DNA of 64,000 bases. Origin: Oscillospiraceae bacterium. GTDB taxonomy: Bacteria > Bacillota > Clostridia > Oscillospirales > Ruminococcaceae. This document shows, piece after piece, positions 46,599-55,887 of the stretch (the first letter of the stretch is position 1; every line of letters starts with the position of its first letter). The translations under genes and the position numbers were made by a program. Under the pieces are notes generated by a model. It was given only the letters and a program-made list of their open reading frames with translations, did not search any database and was not told where the DNA came from. Where the stretch lies: the NCBI GenBank assembly GCA_017828975.1, contig JAGAJN010000038.1, forward strand, positions 18,543-82,542, written 5' to 3'.

Positions 46599-47189
46599 AT
46601 GAAGCTACAAGAAAAAATCTCAGTCATAGAAGCTATACTGTTTGCAAGCGGTGACCCTATTGAAGCAGATAAGCTTGCGGACGCTTCGGGTGTAACACAG
46701 AGCGAAGCTGTAAAGCTGGTAAAGCTGCTTTCCGACAGATATGATGAAGCGCACAGCGCACTTTGCGTTCTGAAGCTTGGCACGGCGTATCAGCTGGCTG
46801 TTCGCAGGGAATATGATGACTACATTAAAGCCGCTTTGGAACAAAGAAGGGCAGTTCCGCTTTCGCAGGCGGCTATGGAGGTCCTGACGATCATTGCGTA
46901 CAATCAGCCTGTTACAAAGGGCTTTGTTGAGCACGTCAGGGGGATAGACAGTTCAAGCGTTGTGAATTCTCTGCTTGAGAAAAATCTGCTTGAAGAAGCG
47001 GGAAGGCTTGATGTTCCGGGAAGGCCTATTGCATACAAAACTACCGATGCTTTTCTCAGAGCGTTTCAGCTTTCGTCTTTGGACGAGCTTCCTGCTTTGC
47101 CGAATGCGGACGGACAGGTCAGCTTTGATGAGATACTCATCAATGAAACCGAGCTTTCCGATGAAGCGGATACGGAGTCTGAGGAATGA
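46599..47189 (+). CDS. scpB: segregation and condensation protein B
   Basis: IEAILFASGDPI and AYNQPVTKGFVEHVRGIDSS motifs. The ATG lies 10 nt after GGGAGG. Confidence 0.92.
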   Translation: MKLQEKISVIEAILFASGDPIEADKLADASGVTQSEAVKLVKLLSDRYDEAHSALCVLKLGTAYQLAVRREYDDYIKAALEQRRAVPLSQAAMEVLTIIAYNQPVTKGFVEHVRGIDSSSVVNSLLEKNLLEEAGRLDVPGRPIAYKTTDAFLRAFQLSSLDELPALPNADGQVSFDEILINETELSDEADTESEE

Positions 47190-47902
47190 CGGCGTTATAT
47201 ATAATATCGGGGATAATCCTGTTTTTTGCGGTCATTCTGAATATTCCCATAAAAGCGTTTCTCTCATATGACGGAAAAAATTTCATCATTTCCGTAAAGT
47301 ACGCATTTATAACAATATTTCCGATAAAACCGAAAAAAGAAAAACGCAAACGGGTAAAAAAGAAAGCTGCCGCCGATAACACCAAACCGTCCGCCGATGA
47401 CAAAAAGGCAGCCGAGCTGTCCGAAGCCGATGATGACGACGATATTGACGATACCTCCGAGGAGCTTTTTGATCCCGACGCCGACAAGAAAAAAGAGAAG
47501 AAAGAAGGAAAAAACAGTCTGTCCGAAAAGCTGGAAACGCTGAAAAGCTATATCCCGCTTGTGGAGGACTGCAAAACGCCGCTCTTAAAGCTTTTGAAAA
47601 CTCTGAAAATAACGGGGCTTGACCTGAATATTATTGCGGCAGATGAGGACGCATTGAATGCGGCACTGCTTTACGGCAGCCTGAACGCCGCAGTTTACAA
47701 TCTGCTGGCAGTTATTATGCAGGCGTTCATAGTTAAAGTCAAAAGCGTAAATATCGGCTGTCGTTTCAACTATCCCGATACGGTGTTTAAAATAAGTTTC
47801 GCTGCGGAGCTTACGCCTGCGAGGATCATTGCTTGTGCGTTCGTTCTGCTTACAGCATACATTAAGTTTAAAAACAATGATAAAAACCAAAAAGGAGAAT
47901 AA
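47186..47902 (+). CDS. DUF2953 / YtfI-like sporulation-associated membrane protein
   Basis: N-terminal TM segment and a Lys/Asp-rich middle region. It lies directly upstream of a ytfJ homologue, as in the Bacillus ytfI-ytfJ pair. Confidence 0.5.
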   Translation: MTALYIISGIILFFAVILNIPIKAFLSYDGKNFIISVKYAFITIFPIKPKKEKRKRVKKKAAADNTKPSADDKKAAELSEADDDDDIDDTSEELFDPDADKKKEKKEGKNSLSEKLETLKSYIPLVEDCKTPLLKLLKTLKITGLDLNIIAADEDALNAALLYGSLNAAVYNLLAVIMQAFIVKVKSVNIGCRFNYPDTVFKISFAAELTPARIIACAFVLLTAYIKFKNNDKNQKGE

Positions 47903-47904
47903 TT

Positions 47905-48306
47905 ATGGATATCAAGGTAAAGGAACTTGTAAACTCAGCACTTTCAAACATTCAGAATATGGTAGACGCAAACACTGTAACGGGGACACCCATTGTTCTT
48001 GACAGTGGTGTTACCATAATTCCCGTGTCAAAGGTATCCTGCGGATTTGCAGCCGGCGGTTCAGACCTGCCCAACAAGACTGAAAAGGAGTGCTTCGGCG
48101 GCGGCACAGGCGGCGGAATAACCGTATCTCCACTGGCATTCATCTGCATTTCTCCCGCAGGCGAGGTGCAGCTGCTTCAGCTTTCAATGAACGCTTCTGC
48201 TTCAAACGCTGTTATCAATATGGTCCCAGAAGTTTTTGACAAGATCTCTGCGCTTTTCAAGAAGGACGAAAAGGCTGCCGAAGCTGTTATCGAAGAAAGC
48301 AAATAA
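47905..48306 (+). CDS. ytfJ: GerW/YtfJ family sporulation protein
   Basis: GTPIVLDSGVTIIPVSKVSCGFAAGGSD ... FGGGTGGGITVSPLAFICI. Confidence 0.85.
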   Translation: MDIKVKELVNSALSNIQNMVDANTVTGTPIVLDSGVTIIPVSKVSCGFAAGGSDLPNKTEKECFGGGTGGGITVSPLAFICISPAGEVQLLQLSMNASASNAVINMVPEVFDKISALFKKDEKAAEAVIEESK

Positions 48307-48357
48307 TTTTTGATTTGCCGTCATAGAATTAAATATATTTATTATGGCGGTGATGAA

Positions 48358-49500
48358 ATGAAATTTGCAAAAATTGCGTGGGCAGCTGTTTTTTCGGTTT
48401 TTATCGGGACATTTTCGGCATTTCGGGCAGAAGCGGCTGCTGTTGATGTGTCGGCAAAGGGCTGCGTGCTTATGGAGGCTGAAACAGGCGAGGTCATATA
48501 CGGTAAAAACGAAAATCTAAAGCTGCCCATGGCAAGCACGACAAAAATTATGACAACTCTCCTTGTGCTTGAAAGCGGAGGTCTTGACGAGGAATTTACC
48601 GTTGACAGCTCTGCAATAATGGTCGAAGGTTCGTCTATGGGACTTACCGAGGGTGATATTGTCAGCAAACGTGCATTATGCTACGGAATGATGCTCCCGT
48701 CGGGAAATGACGCTGCAAATGCTTCCGCAGCTAAGCTTGCGGGAAATTATGAGGATTTTGCCAAGCTGATGAATCGTCGGGCAAGGCTTATCGGAATGGA
48801 AAATACATCATTTGTTACGCCGTCCGGTCTGCATGATGATAACCATTATTCAACAGCTTATGATATGGCTCTGCTGACCTCGGAAGCTTTGGATAACGAT
48901 GATTTCCGAAGCATCTGCGGCTGTCGGAATGCTCAGCTGAAATTCGGTAATCCTCCCTATAACAGATGGCTGCGGAACACCAACAAGCTTCTGACATTTT
49001 ACAGCGATTGTATCGGTGTGAAAACAGGCTTTACCGATGAAGCGGGGCGATGCCTTGTGTCTGCGGCAGAACGGGACGGCGTTACGCTTATCTGCGTTAC
49101 CCTCAACGACCCGTCCGATTGGAGCGACCATATCAAGCTGTTTGATTACGGTTTTGACAGGGTGACAAAATATCCGCTGAATATGGACAATATTCCCAAA
49201 CAAGTTGATGTTGTAGGCGGGAATAAGGACAGCTGCGCATTATCCCTTGAAGATGTTCCGTACTGTGCATTTACGGCGGATAAACGAAGCGAGATCACCG
49301 TAAAGACGGACATTTCGGGATTTATCTATGCTCCCGTGAAAAAGGGCGACAAGGTGGGGACTGCCCGTTACTATTATAAAGGCAGGGAAGTTGCTTCTGT
49401 CGATATTTGCGCAAATGAGGACATAGATGCAGTCGTTATTGAAAGAAAAAAGGGTATATACGAACAAATTATAGATTTTGTAAAAATATTGCTGAAATGA
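48358..49500 (+). CDS. D-alanyl-D-alanine carboxypeptidase (S11, DacB/DacF-like)
   Basis: Signal peptide, SxxK (ASTTKIMT), SGN (LPSGNDAA) and KTG (VKTGFT). Confidence 0.9.
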   Translation: MKFAKIAWAAVFSVFIGTFSAFRAEAAAVDVSAKGCVLMEAETGEVIYGKNENLKLPMASTTKIMTTLLVLESGGLDEEFTVDSSAIMVEGSSMGLTEGDIVSKRALCYGMMLPSGNDAANASAAKLAGNYEDFAKLMNRRARLIGMENTSFVTPSGLHDDNHYSTAYDMALLTSEALDNDDFRSICGCRNAQLKFGNPPYNRWLRNTNKLLTFYSDCIGVKTGFTDEAGRCLVSAAERDGVTLICVTLNDPSDWSDHIKLFDYGFDRVTKYPLNMDNIPKQVDVVGGNKDSCALSLEDVPYCAFTADKRSEITVKTDISGFIYAPVKKGDKVGTARYYYKGREVASVDICANEDIDAVVIERKKGIYEQIIDFVKILLK

Positions 49501-49510
49501 GGATTTATTA

Positions 49511-50242
49511 GTGGAAAAAGTTAGATTGCAGAAAATAATCGCCGAGAGCGGCTATTGTTCAAGAAGAAAAGCAGAAGAGCTTATCAGCGGCGGACACGTT
49601 CAGGTGAACGGCAGACCCGTTAAACTTGGAGATAAGGCGGATATTAGGGACATTATCACCATTGACGGAGAGAAATTATTCCGTCCCAAAAAGAGGGAGC
49701 TTTACTACATCATGCTCAACAAGCCGAGAGGTTATGTCACCACAATGTCGGACGAACTGGAAAGAAAGTGCGTTACCGAGCTGCTGGAGGGTGTCCCCGA
49801 GAGAGTTTATCCCATCGGCCGTCTGGACAGAAATTCCGAAGGTCTGCTTCTGTTTACCAATGACGGAAAATTCGCCAATGAGATAATGCACCCCAGCAAG
49901 CACGTTTCAAAGACATATCGTGTAACTGTCCGCCCCGAGATAACAGATGAACAGCTTGTTCGCCTTACGGAAGGCGTTGAGATAGACGGAAGAAAAACGC
50001 TGCCCGCTTCCGTCAGCGTACTCACCGATGAACCGGGCAGGGTAGTGCTTCAAATGGTCATCAGAGAGGGAAGAAACCGTCAGATCAGAAAAATGTGCGA
50101 GGCTGTCGGTTTGGAGGTCGCACGTCTGCGCAGAACTGCCATCGGTCCCGTAAAACTCGGTATGCTAAAGCCCGGAACATGGAGAGAACTTAATTCCGAG
50201 GAGCTTCGTGCGCTCAGAAACGCTATCGGCAAAGAAAATTGA
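49511..50242 (+). CDS. rluB: pseudouridine synthase, RsuA/RluB family
   Basis: S4 domain N-terminus (RLQKIIAESGYCSRRKAEELI) and catalytic RLDRNSEGLLLFTNDG. Confidence 0.88.
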   Translation: MEKVRLQKIIAESGYCSRRKAEELISGGHVQVNGRPVKLGDKADIRDIITIDGEKLFRPKKRELYYIMLNKPRGYVTTMSDELERKCVTELLEGVPERVYPIGRLDRNSEGLLLFTNDGKFANEIMHPSKHVSKTYRVTVRPEITDEQLVRLTEGVEIDGRKTLPASVSVLTDEPGRVVLQMVIREGRNRQIRKMCEAVGLEVARLRRTAIGPVKLGMLKPGTWRELNSEELRALRNAIGKEN

Positions 50243-50316
50243 TTTTCCTTTAAATGTTAATTTGATTTTATCAAATGTAAATTTTTTTATGTGCTGTAAA
50301 ATATTTGTTTTTCTGT

Positions 50317-50345
50317 CTTGCATTGAACGAAGTTTTGTTGTATAA
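50317..50345 (+). promoter_or_regulatory. sigma-A promoter for the carboxyltransferase cluster
   Basis: TTGCAT at 50317-50322, 17-nt spacer, TATAAT at 50340-50345. Confidence 0.55.
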
Positions 50346-50468
50346 TAATTATAGTTGTATTTTTCTGCCGATTTTTCGGAATTAGCATTAGTTCTTTCAT
50401 TTTACGACAATCATTTTGTGCGGAGCTTTGGCAGAAATTATTACAGTATTTCGATTGGAGGAAAATCT

Positions 50469-51851
50469 ATGTTATCAGAAAATCAGAAAGCAAGCTTTTC
50501 GGAGCTTAGCGCAAAGAATGCTGCTTCTGTTTCTCAGGCTGCGGGAAAGAGGCTTGCTTTGCTGTTTGACGACGGCGTATATACTCAGCTTGATACATTT
50601 GCAGGCGCAGGTGTTCTGACTGCTTACGGCTATGTTGACGGCAATCCCGTTTATGCTTTTGCTCAGGACCCCTCTGCTGACGGCGGCGCTGTCGGAAAGG
50701 CTCATGCTGACAAGGTTTGCAGACTTCTTGAGCTTGCATCCAGAAGCGGTGCGCCTGTGGTCGGCATTTACGATTCCATTGGCGGATATATTGAAGAAGG
50801 TACCGATCTGCTTAACGCTTACGGTGAAATGCTCATGCACATTTCAAACCTTTCGGGCGTTGTACCGCAGATCTCCGTGATCTCAGGCGTTTGCGCAGGT
50901 ACATCAGCTATGCTTGCAGCTTCCGCCGATTTTGTTGTTATGACAGAAAATGCGGAGCTGTATCTCAACCCGCCCTCAATGTCACAGAAGGGCAAGGGCA
51001 CTGCCGAGGACGCTGCTAAGAGCGGACTTGCTTCTGTCGTTGCCGAAAATGACGAAAAGGCTATGGAGGCTGCAAGAAAAATTCTCGGTATGCTTCCTTC
51101 CAATAATCTTTCTCCTGCTCCCGAGTTCGATTTTGCGAATCCCGCTAATGCTGCAAACGGCACGGCCTCCGAAATTGCCGAAGCTATTGCGGACGTTGGA
51201 AGTGTGCTCGAACTTTCCGATAAATTCGGCAAGGCTTCCTACACAGCGTTGGCAACTGTCGGCGGATATTCCGTTGGTATTGCTGCAACAAACAAGACTG
51301 CGGACAAGCTCAGTTCCGATGACTGTGCTAAGATCGCAAGATTTGTAAGTGTCTGCGATTCCTATTCGATACCCATTATAACAATTGTTGACACCGAAGG
51401 CTTTGATTCCGCGGAGCCTGCTGCTGCTGTGAGAAATGCGGCTCGTCTTGCAAATTCCTACGCGGAGGCTTCCTGCCTTAAGCTGTCGATTATCACTGGC
51501 AAGGCTTACGGTGCTGCATACATTGCTATGGCAGGTGCGAATGCAAATGCCGATGTTGTATATGCTTACGAGAAGGCTGTAATTTCTCCGCTTGCTCCCG
51601 AAACTGCAGTTGAGTTTATGTATCATGACAAGCTTTCGGGCACTTCCGATGTTAACGCTGACAGAGCAAAGCTTGCTGCCGAGTATGCTGCCGAGAACTG
51701 CTCTGCTTGCTGTGCTGCCGTAAATGGTGCGGTATGCGAAGTAGTTGCACCTTCCGATGTAAGGGCAAAGCTTATCGGAGCAATAGAAGCAATGGGCGGA
51801 AAGCGCCTTACCAAGCGTCTTCCCAAGAAGCACGGCAATATGCCTTTCTAA
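50469..51851 (+). CDS. acyl-CoA carboxyltransferase (12S / methylmalonyl-CoA carboxyltransferase-like)
   Basis: Two-domain carboxyl transferase pattern (GGAVGKAHADKVCRLLELASRSGAPVVGIYDSIGG...). ATG after TGGAGGA. Confidence 0.8.
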   Translation: MLSENQKASFSELSAKNAASVSQAAGKRLALLFDDGVYTQLDTFAGAGVLTAYGYVDGNPVYAFAQDPSADGGAVGKAHADKVCRLLELASRSGAPVVGIYDSIGGYIEEGTDLLNAYGEMLMHISNLSGVVPQISVISGVCAGTSAMLAASADFVVMTENAELYLNPPSMSQKGKGTAEDAAKSGLASVVAENDEKAMEAARKILGMLPSNNLSPAPEFDFANPANAANGTASEIAEAIADVGSVLELSDKFGKASYTALATVGGYSVGIAATNKTADKLSSDDCAKIARFVSVCDSYSIPIITIVDTEGFDSAEPAAAVRNAARLANSYAEASCLKLSIITGKAYGAAYIAMAGANANADVVYAYEKAVISPLAPETAVEFMYHDKLSGTSDVNADRAKLAAEYAAENCSACCAAVNGAVCEVVAPSDVRAKLIGAIEAMGGKRLTKRLPKKHGNMPF

Positions 51852-51906
51852 GAACCGTCTAACACGCATTTCCATATAAAAATTCTTTTGAATGGTGGTA
51901 CGAATT

Positions 51907-52275
51907 ATGAAGAGATTTAATATAACCGTAAACGGCAAGGCTTACGATGTTACTGTTGAGGAAGTAGGCGGAGCAGTACCCGCAGCAGCTCCCGTTAAGG
52001 CTGCAGCACCCACTCCTGCACCCGCAGCAGCACCCGCCGCTCCCGCAGCACCCGCAGGCGAGGGAACACCCGTAACCGCTCCTATGACAGGAAATATCCT
52101 CGATGTTAAGGTAAATGTCGGAGATACTGTTTCCGAAGGTCAGCCCGTTATCGTTCTTGAAGCTATGAAGATGGAAAATGACGTTCCTGCTTCAAAGTCC
52201 GGTAAGGTTACCTCTATTACAGTCAAAAAGGGTGATACCGTTAACACAGGCGACGTTCTGCTGACTATCCAGTAA
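51907..52275 (+). CDS. biotin carboxyl carrier (1.3S-like biotinyl domain protein)
   Basis: Pro/Ala linker and the biotinylation motif EAMKMEN. Confidence 0.88.
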   Translation: MKRFNITVNGKAYDVTVEEVGGAVPAAAPVKAAAPTPAPAAAPAAPAAPAGEGTPVTAPMTGNILDVKVNVGDTVSEGQPVIVLEAMKMENDVPASKSGKVTSITVKKGDTVNTGDVLLTIQ

Positions 52276-52293
52276 TTGAAAGGCGGTTTAGAA

Positions 52294-53691
52294 ATGGCTA
52301 AGATTGGAATTACCGAAACCGTCCTTCGTGACGCACATCAGTCGCTGTTGGCTACACGTATGTCCATTGATGAAATGTTGCCTATTTTGCAGACTATGGA
52401 CAAGGTCGGTTACTATTCTGCCGAGGTATGGGGCGGAGCAACCTTTGACTCCTGTATCCGTTTCCTCGATGAAGATCCCTGGGAAAGACTGAGAATTATC
52501 AGAAAAAATATGCCCAACACTAAGCTGCAGATGCTGTTCAGAGGTCAAAATATGCTGGGCTATCGTCACTATGCCGATGACGTTCTGGAATATTTCGTTC
52601 AGAAAACCTGCGCAAACGGTATGGATATTATCCGTATTTTCGACGCTCTCAACGACATCAGAAACCTTGAAACTGCTATCAAGGCGGCTAAAAAGGAAGG
52701 CGCACATGCTCAGGTCGCAATGTCATATACTACGGGCGATGTTTTCACTACCGAGTATTACGTAAATTACGCTAAGCAGATCGAAGAAGCAGGCGCTGAC
52801 TCCATATGCTTGAAGGATATGGCTGCGCTGCTTACTCCTTATAGGACCGCTGAGCTTGTCAAGGCTATCAAGGCAGCTGTTAAGCTTCCTGTTCAGATTC
52901 ACACACACTATACCTCCGGTCTTGCTTCAATGTGTCTGTTAAAGGGCATTGAAAGCGGTGCGGATATGATAGATACTGCAATGTCACCTCTGGCACTGGG
53001 TACATCTCATGCTCCTACCGAGTCGCTGGTTGCTGCTCTGCAGGGTACCGAATTTGACACAGGACTTGATCTTATGCTTCTCAATGAGATCAGAGATTAC
53101 TTCATGACACTCAGAAAGAAGTATCTTGATAATGGTTTGATTGACCCCAAGATGCTGGCTGTTGACCCCAATGCGCTTATCTATCAGGTTCCCGGCGGAA
53201 TGTTGTCCAACCTGCTGTCACAGCTCAAGCAGGCAGGCAAGGAGGACAAGCTTACCGAGGTTCTTATGGAAGTTCCCAATGTTCGTAAGGACGCAGGAAA
53301 CGTTCCTCTGGTTACTCCCACATCTCAGATCGTTGGCTCTCAGGCCGTGTTCAACGTTATTATGGGCGAACGCTACAAGACCGTTACCAAGGAATTCAAG
53401 GACATTATCAAGGGCGCATACGGAAGAACTCCCACACCTATTGACCCCGAATTCAGAAAGTTCATTCTTAAGGGTGAAGAGCCTATCGACTGCCGTCCCG
53501 CAGACCTTATCGCTCCCGAGCTTGATTCTCTTCGCAAGGAATGTGCCGAGTGGACAATGCAGGACGAGGACGTTCTTACCTATGCAATGTTCCCCAAGGT
53601 TGCACCTAAATTCTTTGAAAAGCGCAGAAACTCTCAGTTTGGTATCGACGGAAAGAACGCCGATCCCGAAAAGAAGATACACGCTATTTGA
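52294..53691 (+). CDS. oxaloacetate decarboxylase alpha / pyruvate carboxyltransferase (5S-like), without its own biotinyl domain
   Basis: ITETVLRDAHQSL TIM-barrel carboxyltransferase N-terminus. At 465 aa it ends before any biotinyl domain. Confidence 0.85.
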   Translation: MAKIGITETVLRDAHQSLLATRMSIDEMLPILQTMDKVGYYSAEVWGGATFDSCIRFLDEDPWERLRIIRKNMPNTKLQMLFRGQNMLGYRHYADDVLEYFVQKTCANGMDIIRIFDALNDIRNLETAIKAAKKEGAHAQVAMSYTTGDVFTTEYYVNYAKQIEEAGADSICLKDMAALLTPYRTAELVKAIKAAVKLPVQIHTHYTSGLASMCLLKGIESGADMIDTAMSPLALGTSHAPTESLVAALQGTEFDTGLDLMLLNEIRDYFMTLRKKYLDNGLIDPKMLAVDPNALIYQVPGGMLSNLLSQLKQAGKEDKLTEVLMEVPNVRKDAGNVPLVTPTSQIVGSQAVFNVIMGERYKTVTKEFKDIIKGAYGRTPTPIDPEFRKFILKGEEPIDCRPADLIAPELDSLRKECAEWTMQDEDVLTYAMFPKVAPKFFEKRRNSQFGIDGKNADPEKKIHAI

Positions 53692-53704
53692 TTTAAATAA
53701 TGTT

Positions 53705-53742
53705 AGCCGCTTTTGGATACGCAATTCCGAGGGCGGCTTTTT
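53705..53742 (+). terminator. rho-independent terminator
   Basis: AGCCGC...GCGGCT outer stem with G-U-rich inner pairing, followed by TTTTT. Confidence 0.55.
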
Positions 53743-53817
53743 GTTATATTATTGAATAAATCCACGTTTATTCAGCAGATTTTTGGCGTATCGGCTATAT
53801 TTTTTTGTAAAATTCAC

Positions 53818-53846
53818 TTGCATTTATACGTGAAAAATGTTATAAT
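53818..53846 (+). promoter_or_regulatory. sigma-A promoter for the yicC-remA-gmk-rpoZ block
   Basis: TTGCAT at 53818-53823, 17-nt spacer, TGtTATAAT ending at 53846. Confidence 0.65.
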
Positions 53847-53899
53847 AAATATTGATTATGATTGCTGCAGTATGCGGTAATGCGGAATGAGGGATAATA

Positions 53900-54778
53900 T
53901 TGATTAGAAGTATGACCGGTTACGGGAGATGTCAGAGCGTTATCGGCGGATATGACATTCTGCTGGAGATTCGCTCGGTAAATCATCGCTTTTTTGATTT
54001 TACTGCGAAAATTCCCCGTTCTTACGGTTATCTTGAGGATAAGCTGAAAAGCTTCTTTCAGGGAAGTATCTCCAGAGGCAAGGTGGAGGTTAGTCTTTCA
54101 ATTTACAGCGTAGGCGGTGCAGATGCTGTTATCGAGGTAAATGAAAGCATTGCCGAAGGATATGTGAACGCTCTCAGGAATGCCAATAAAAAGCTGATGC
54201 TGAATGATGATCTGAGTCTGTCAAACCTTATGCGTCTGCCCGATGTTTTTAATATCAGAAAGGCTATTGACGACGAAGAGACCGTCTGGGAATGTGTCCG
54301 CACAGCTGCACAGACAGCTCTCAACGATTTCATCGCAATGCGTGAAAATGAAGGCAGACGAATGGCTGCAGATGTTTGCGAAAAGCTTGACAATATCGAA
54401 AAAATGGTTGCAATGGTTGAAACCGAATCTCCTAAGATAACCGAAGCATACCGTACACGCCTTACGGAAAGAATGAAGGAAATTCTCGGAAATACTTCCG
54501 TTGATGAACAGAGAATAGTTTCCGAAGCAGCAATTTTTTCCGAAAAGACTGCGGTAGATGAAGAAACTGTCCGCCTGAAAAGCCACATATCTCAGTGCAG
54601 AGAAATGCTTTCGGGGGATAATGCCATCGGAAGAAAGCTGGATTTTCTCATTCAGGAATTCAACCGGGAGGCAAATACCATAGGTTCCAAATGTCAGGGG
54701 CTGGAGATAACCAAAACCGTTATCGAAATGAAGTCCGAAATCGAAAAGATACGTGAACAAATACAGAATATAGAGTAA
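53900..54778 (+). CDS. yicC: YicC/YloC family endoribonuclease
   Basis: [10 protein letters not shown]-terminus (TTG start) and the C-terminal DUF1732-like [12 protein letters not shown]. Confidence 0.88.
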   Translation: MIRSMTGYGRCQSVIGGYDILLEIRSVNHRFFDFTAKIPRSYGYLEDKLKSFFQGSISRGKVEVSLSIYSVGGADAVIEVNESIAEGYVNALRNANKKLMLNDDLSLSNLMRLPDVFNIRKAIDDEETVWECVRTAAQTALNDFIAMRENEGRRMAADVCEKLDNIEKMVAMVETESPKITEAYRTRLTERMKEILGNTSVDEQRIVSEAAIFSEKTAVDEETVRLKSHISQCREMLSGDNAIGRKLDFLIQEFNREANTIGSKCQGLEITKTVIEMKSEIEKIREQIQNIE

Positions 54779-54789
54779 GGAGCGCTGAA

Positions 54790-55047
54790 ATGAAACTGAT
54801 CAACATTGGCTTCGGAAATATGATCTCCGCTTCAAGGCTTATAGCGATCGTCAGCCCTGAATCCGCTCCAATAAAGCGAATCATTCAGGAGGCAAAGGAT
54901 AAAAGCGTTCTGATCGACGCCACCTACGGAAGAAGAACTAGGGCTGTTATCATTATGGACAGTGACCACGTTATTCTCTCAGCTATCCAGCCGGAAACGG
55001 TTGCGGGACGTCTTGATAATAATGAGGAGGGTGAGGACGATGAATAA
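54790..55047 (+). CDS. remA: RemA/YlzA (DUF370) regulator
   Basis: [36 protein letters not shown]...[10 protein letters not shown]. Confidence 0.9.
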   Translation: MKLINIGFGNMISASRLIAIVSPESAPIKRIIQEAKDKSVLIDATYGRRTRAVIIMDSDHVILSAIQPETVAGRLDNNEEGEDDE

Positions 55048-55645
55048 AGGTCTGCTTATTGTTGTTTCGGGTCCGTCAGGCTGCGGAAAGGGAACAATCC
55101 TTGCAGAGGTGCTGAAAAATGACAACTTTTATTATTCGGTTTCCGCAACGACACGTCAGCCAAGACCCGGTGAAGTTGACGGAGTGAATTATAGTTTCCT
55201 TACGAAGGAAAAATTTGAGGAACTCATAAACAATGACGGTATGCTGGAACACGCTTGTTACTGCGGGAACTATTACGGTACTCCGAAAGAGCAGGTAATG
55301 AAAAATCTTGAAAACGGCAAGGACGTTATCTTGGAAATTGAAGTTCAGGGTGCCTTGAAGGTTATGGAAACCTGCCCCGAAGCGGTGTTTGTGTTCATTA
55401 TGCCGCCATCTGTCAAGGAGCTTAGACGCCGTCTTAACAAGAGAGGCACTGAGTCTGAGGACGTAATAGAAAAACGTATTACACAGGCAATTTCCGAGAT
55501 AAAGCTTGCAAACAGATACAATTACATAATGGTAAACGGTGAGCTTGAAAAGGCCATCGCTGACCTTATTTCAATCATTAACGCAGAAAAAATGGCCAGC
55601 AAAAGGGCTGAATATTTAATTAATGAGGTGCTTGAAAATGCTTAG
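55040..55645 (+). CDS. gmk: guanylate kinase
   Basis: [10 protein letters not shown]-loop and [19 protein letters not shown]. Confidence 0.95.
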   Translation: MNKGLLIVVSGPSGCGKGTILAEVLKNDNFYYSVSATTRQPRPGEVDGVNYSFLTKEKFEELINNDGMLEHACYCGNYYGTPKEQVMKNLENGKDVILEIEVQGALKVMETCPEAVFVFIMPPSVKELRRRLNKRGTESEDVIEKRITQAISEIKLANRYNYIMVNGELEKAIADLISIINAEKMASKRAEYLINEVLENA

Positions 55646-55856
55646 ACCCGCAATTTCTCAGATCACAACTAAAAATGAAAGCAGCTATTCCGTAGTTATC
55701 GGCGTTGCAAAAAGAGCAAGACAGATAACCGAGGAACTGTACGAAAATGGTATGGTACTCGAACAGAAGCCCGTAAAAACAGCAGTTGAGGAATTCGCAG
55801 CAAGAAAATATTTCATTGTTGAAGACCCCTCTCTCAAGGGCGGAAAGACGGAATAA
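55638..55856 (+). CDS. rpoZ: DNA-directed RNA polymerase subunit omega
   Basis: SYSVVIGVAKRARQI motif. Conserved position after gmk. Confidence 0.85.
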   Translation: MLRPAISQITTKNESSYSVVIGVAKRARQITEELYENGMVLEQKPVKTAVEEFAARKYFIVEDPSLKGGKTE

Positions 55857-55887
55857 ACCATAATTATCGGAAAGTGGGCTTCATGCT

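Noticed and set aside
50982-51938. 318-aa ORF antisense to the carboxyltransferase gene
   Set aside because: The sense frame has carboxyltransferase motifs, a Shine-Dalgarno sequence and operon context. The antisense ORF has none of these.
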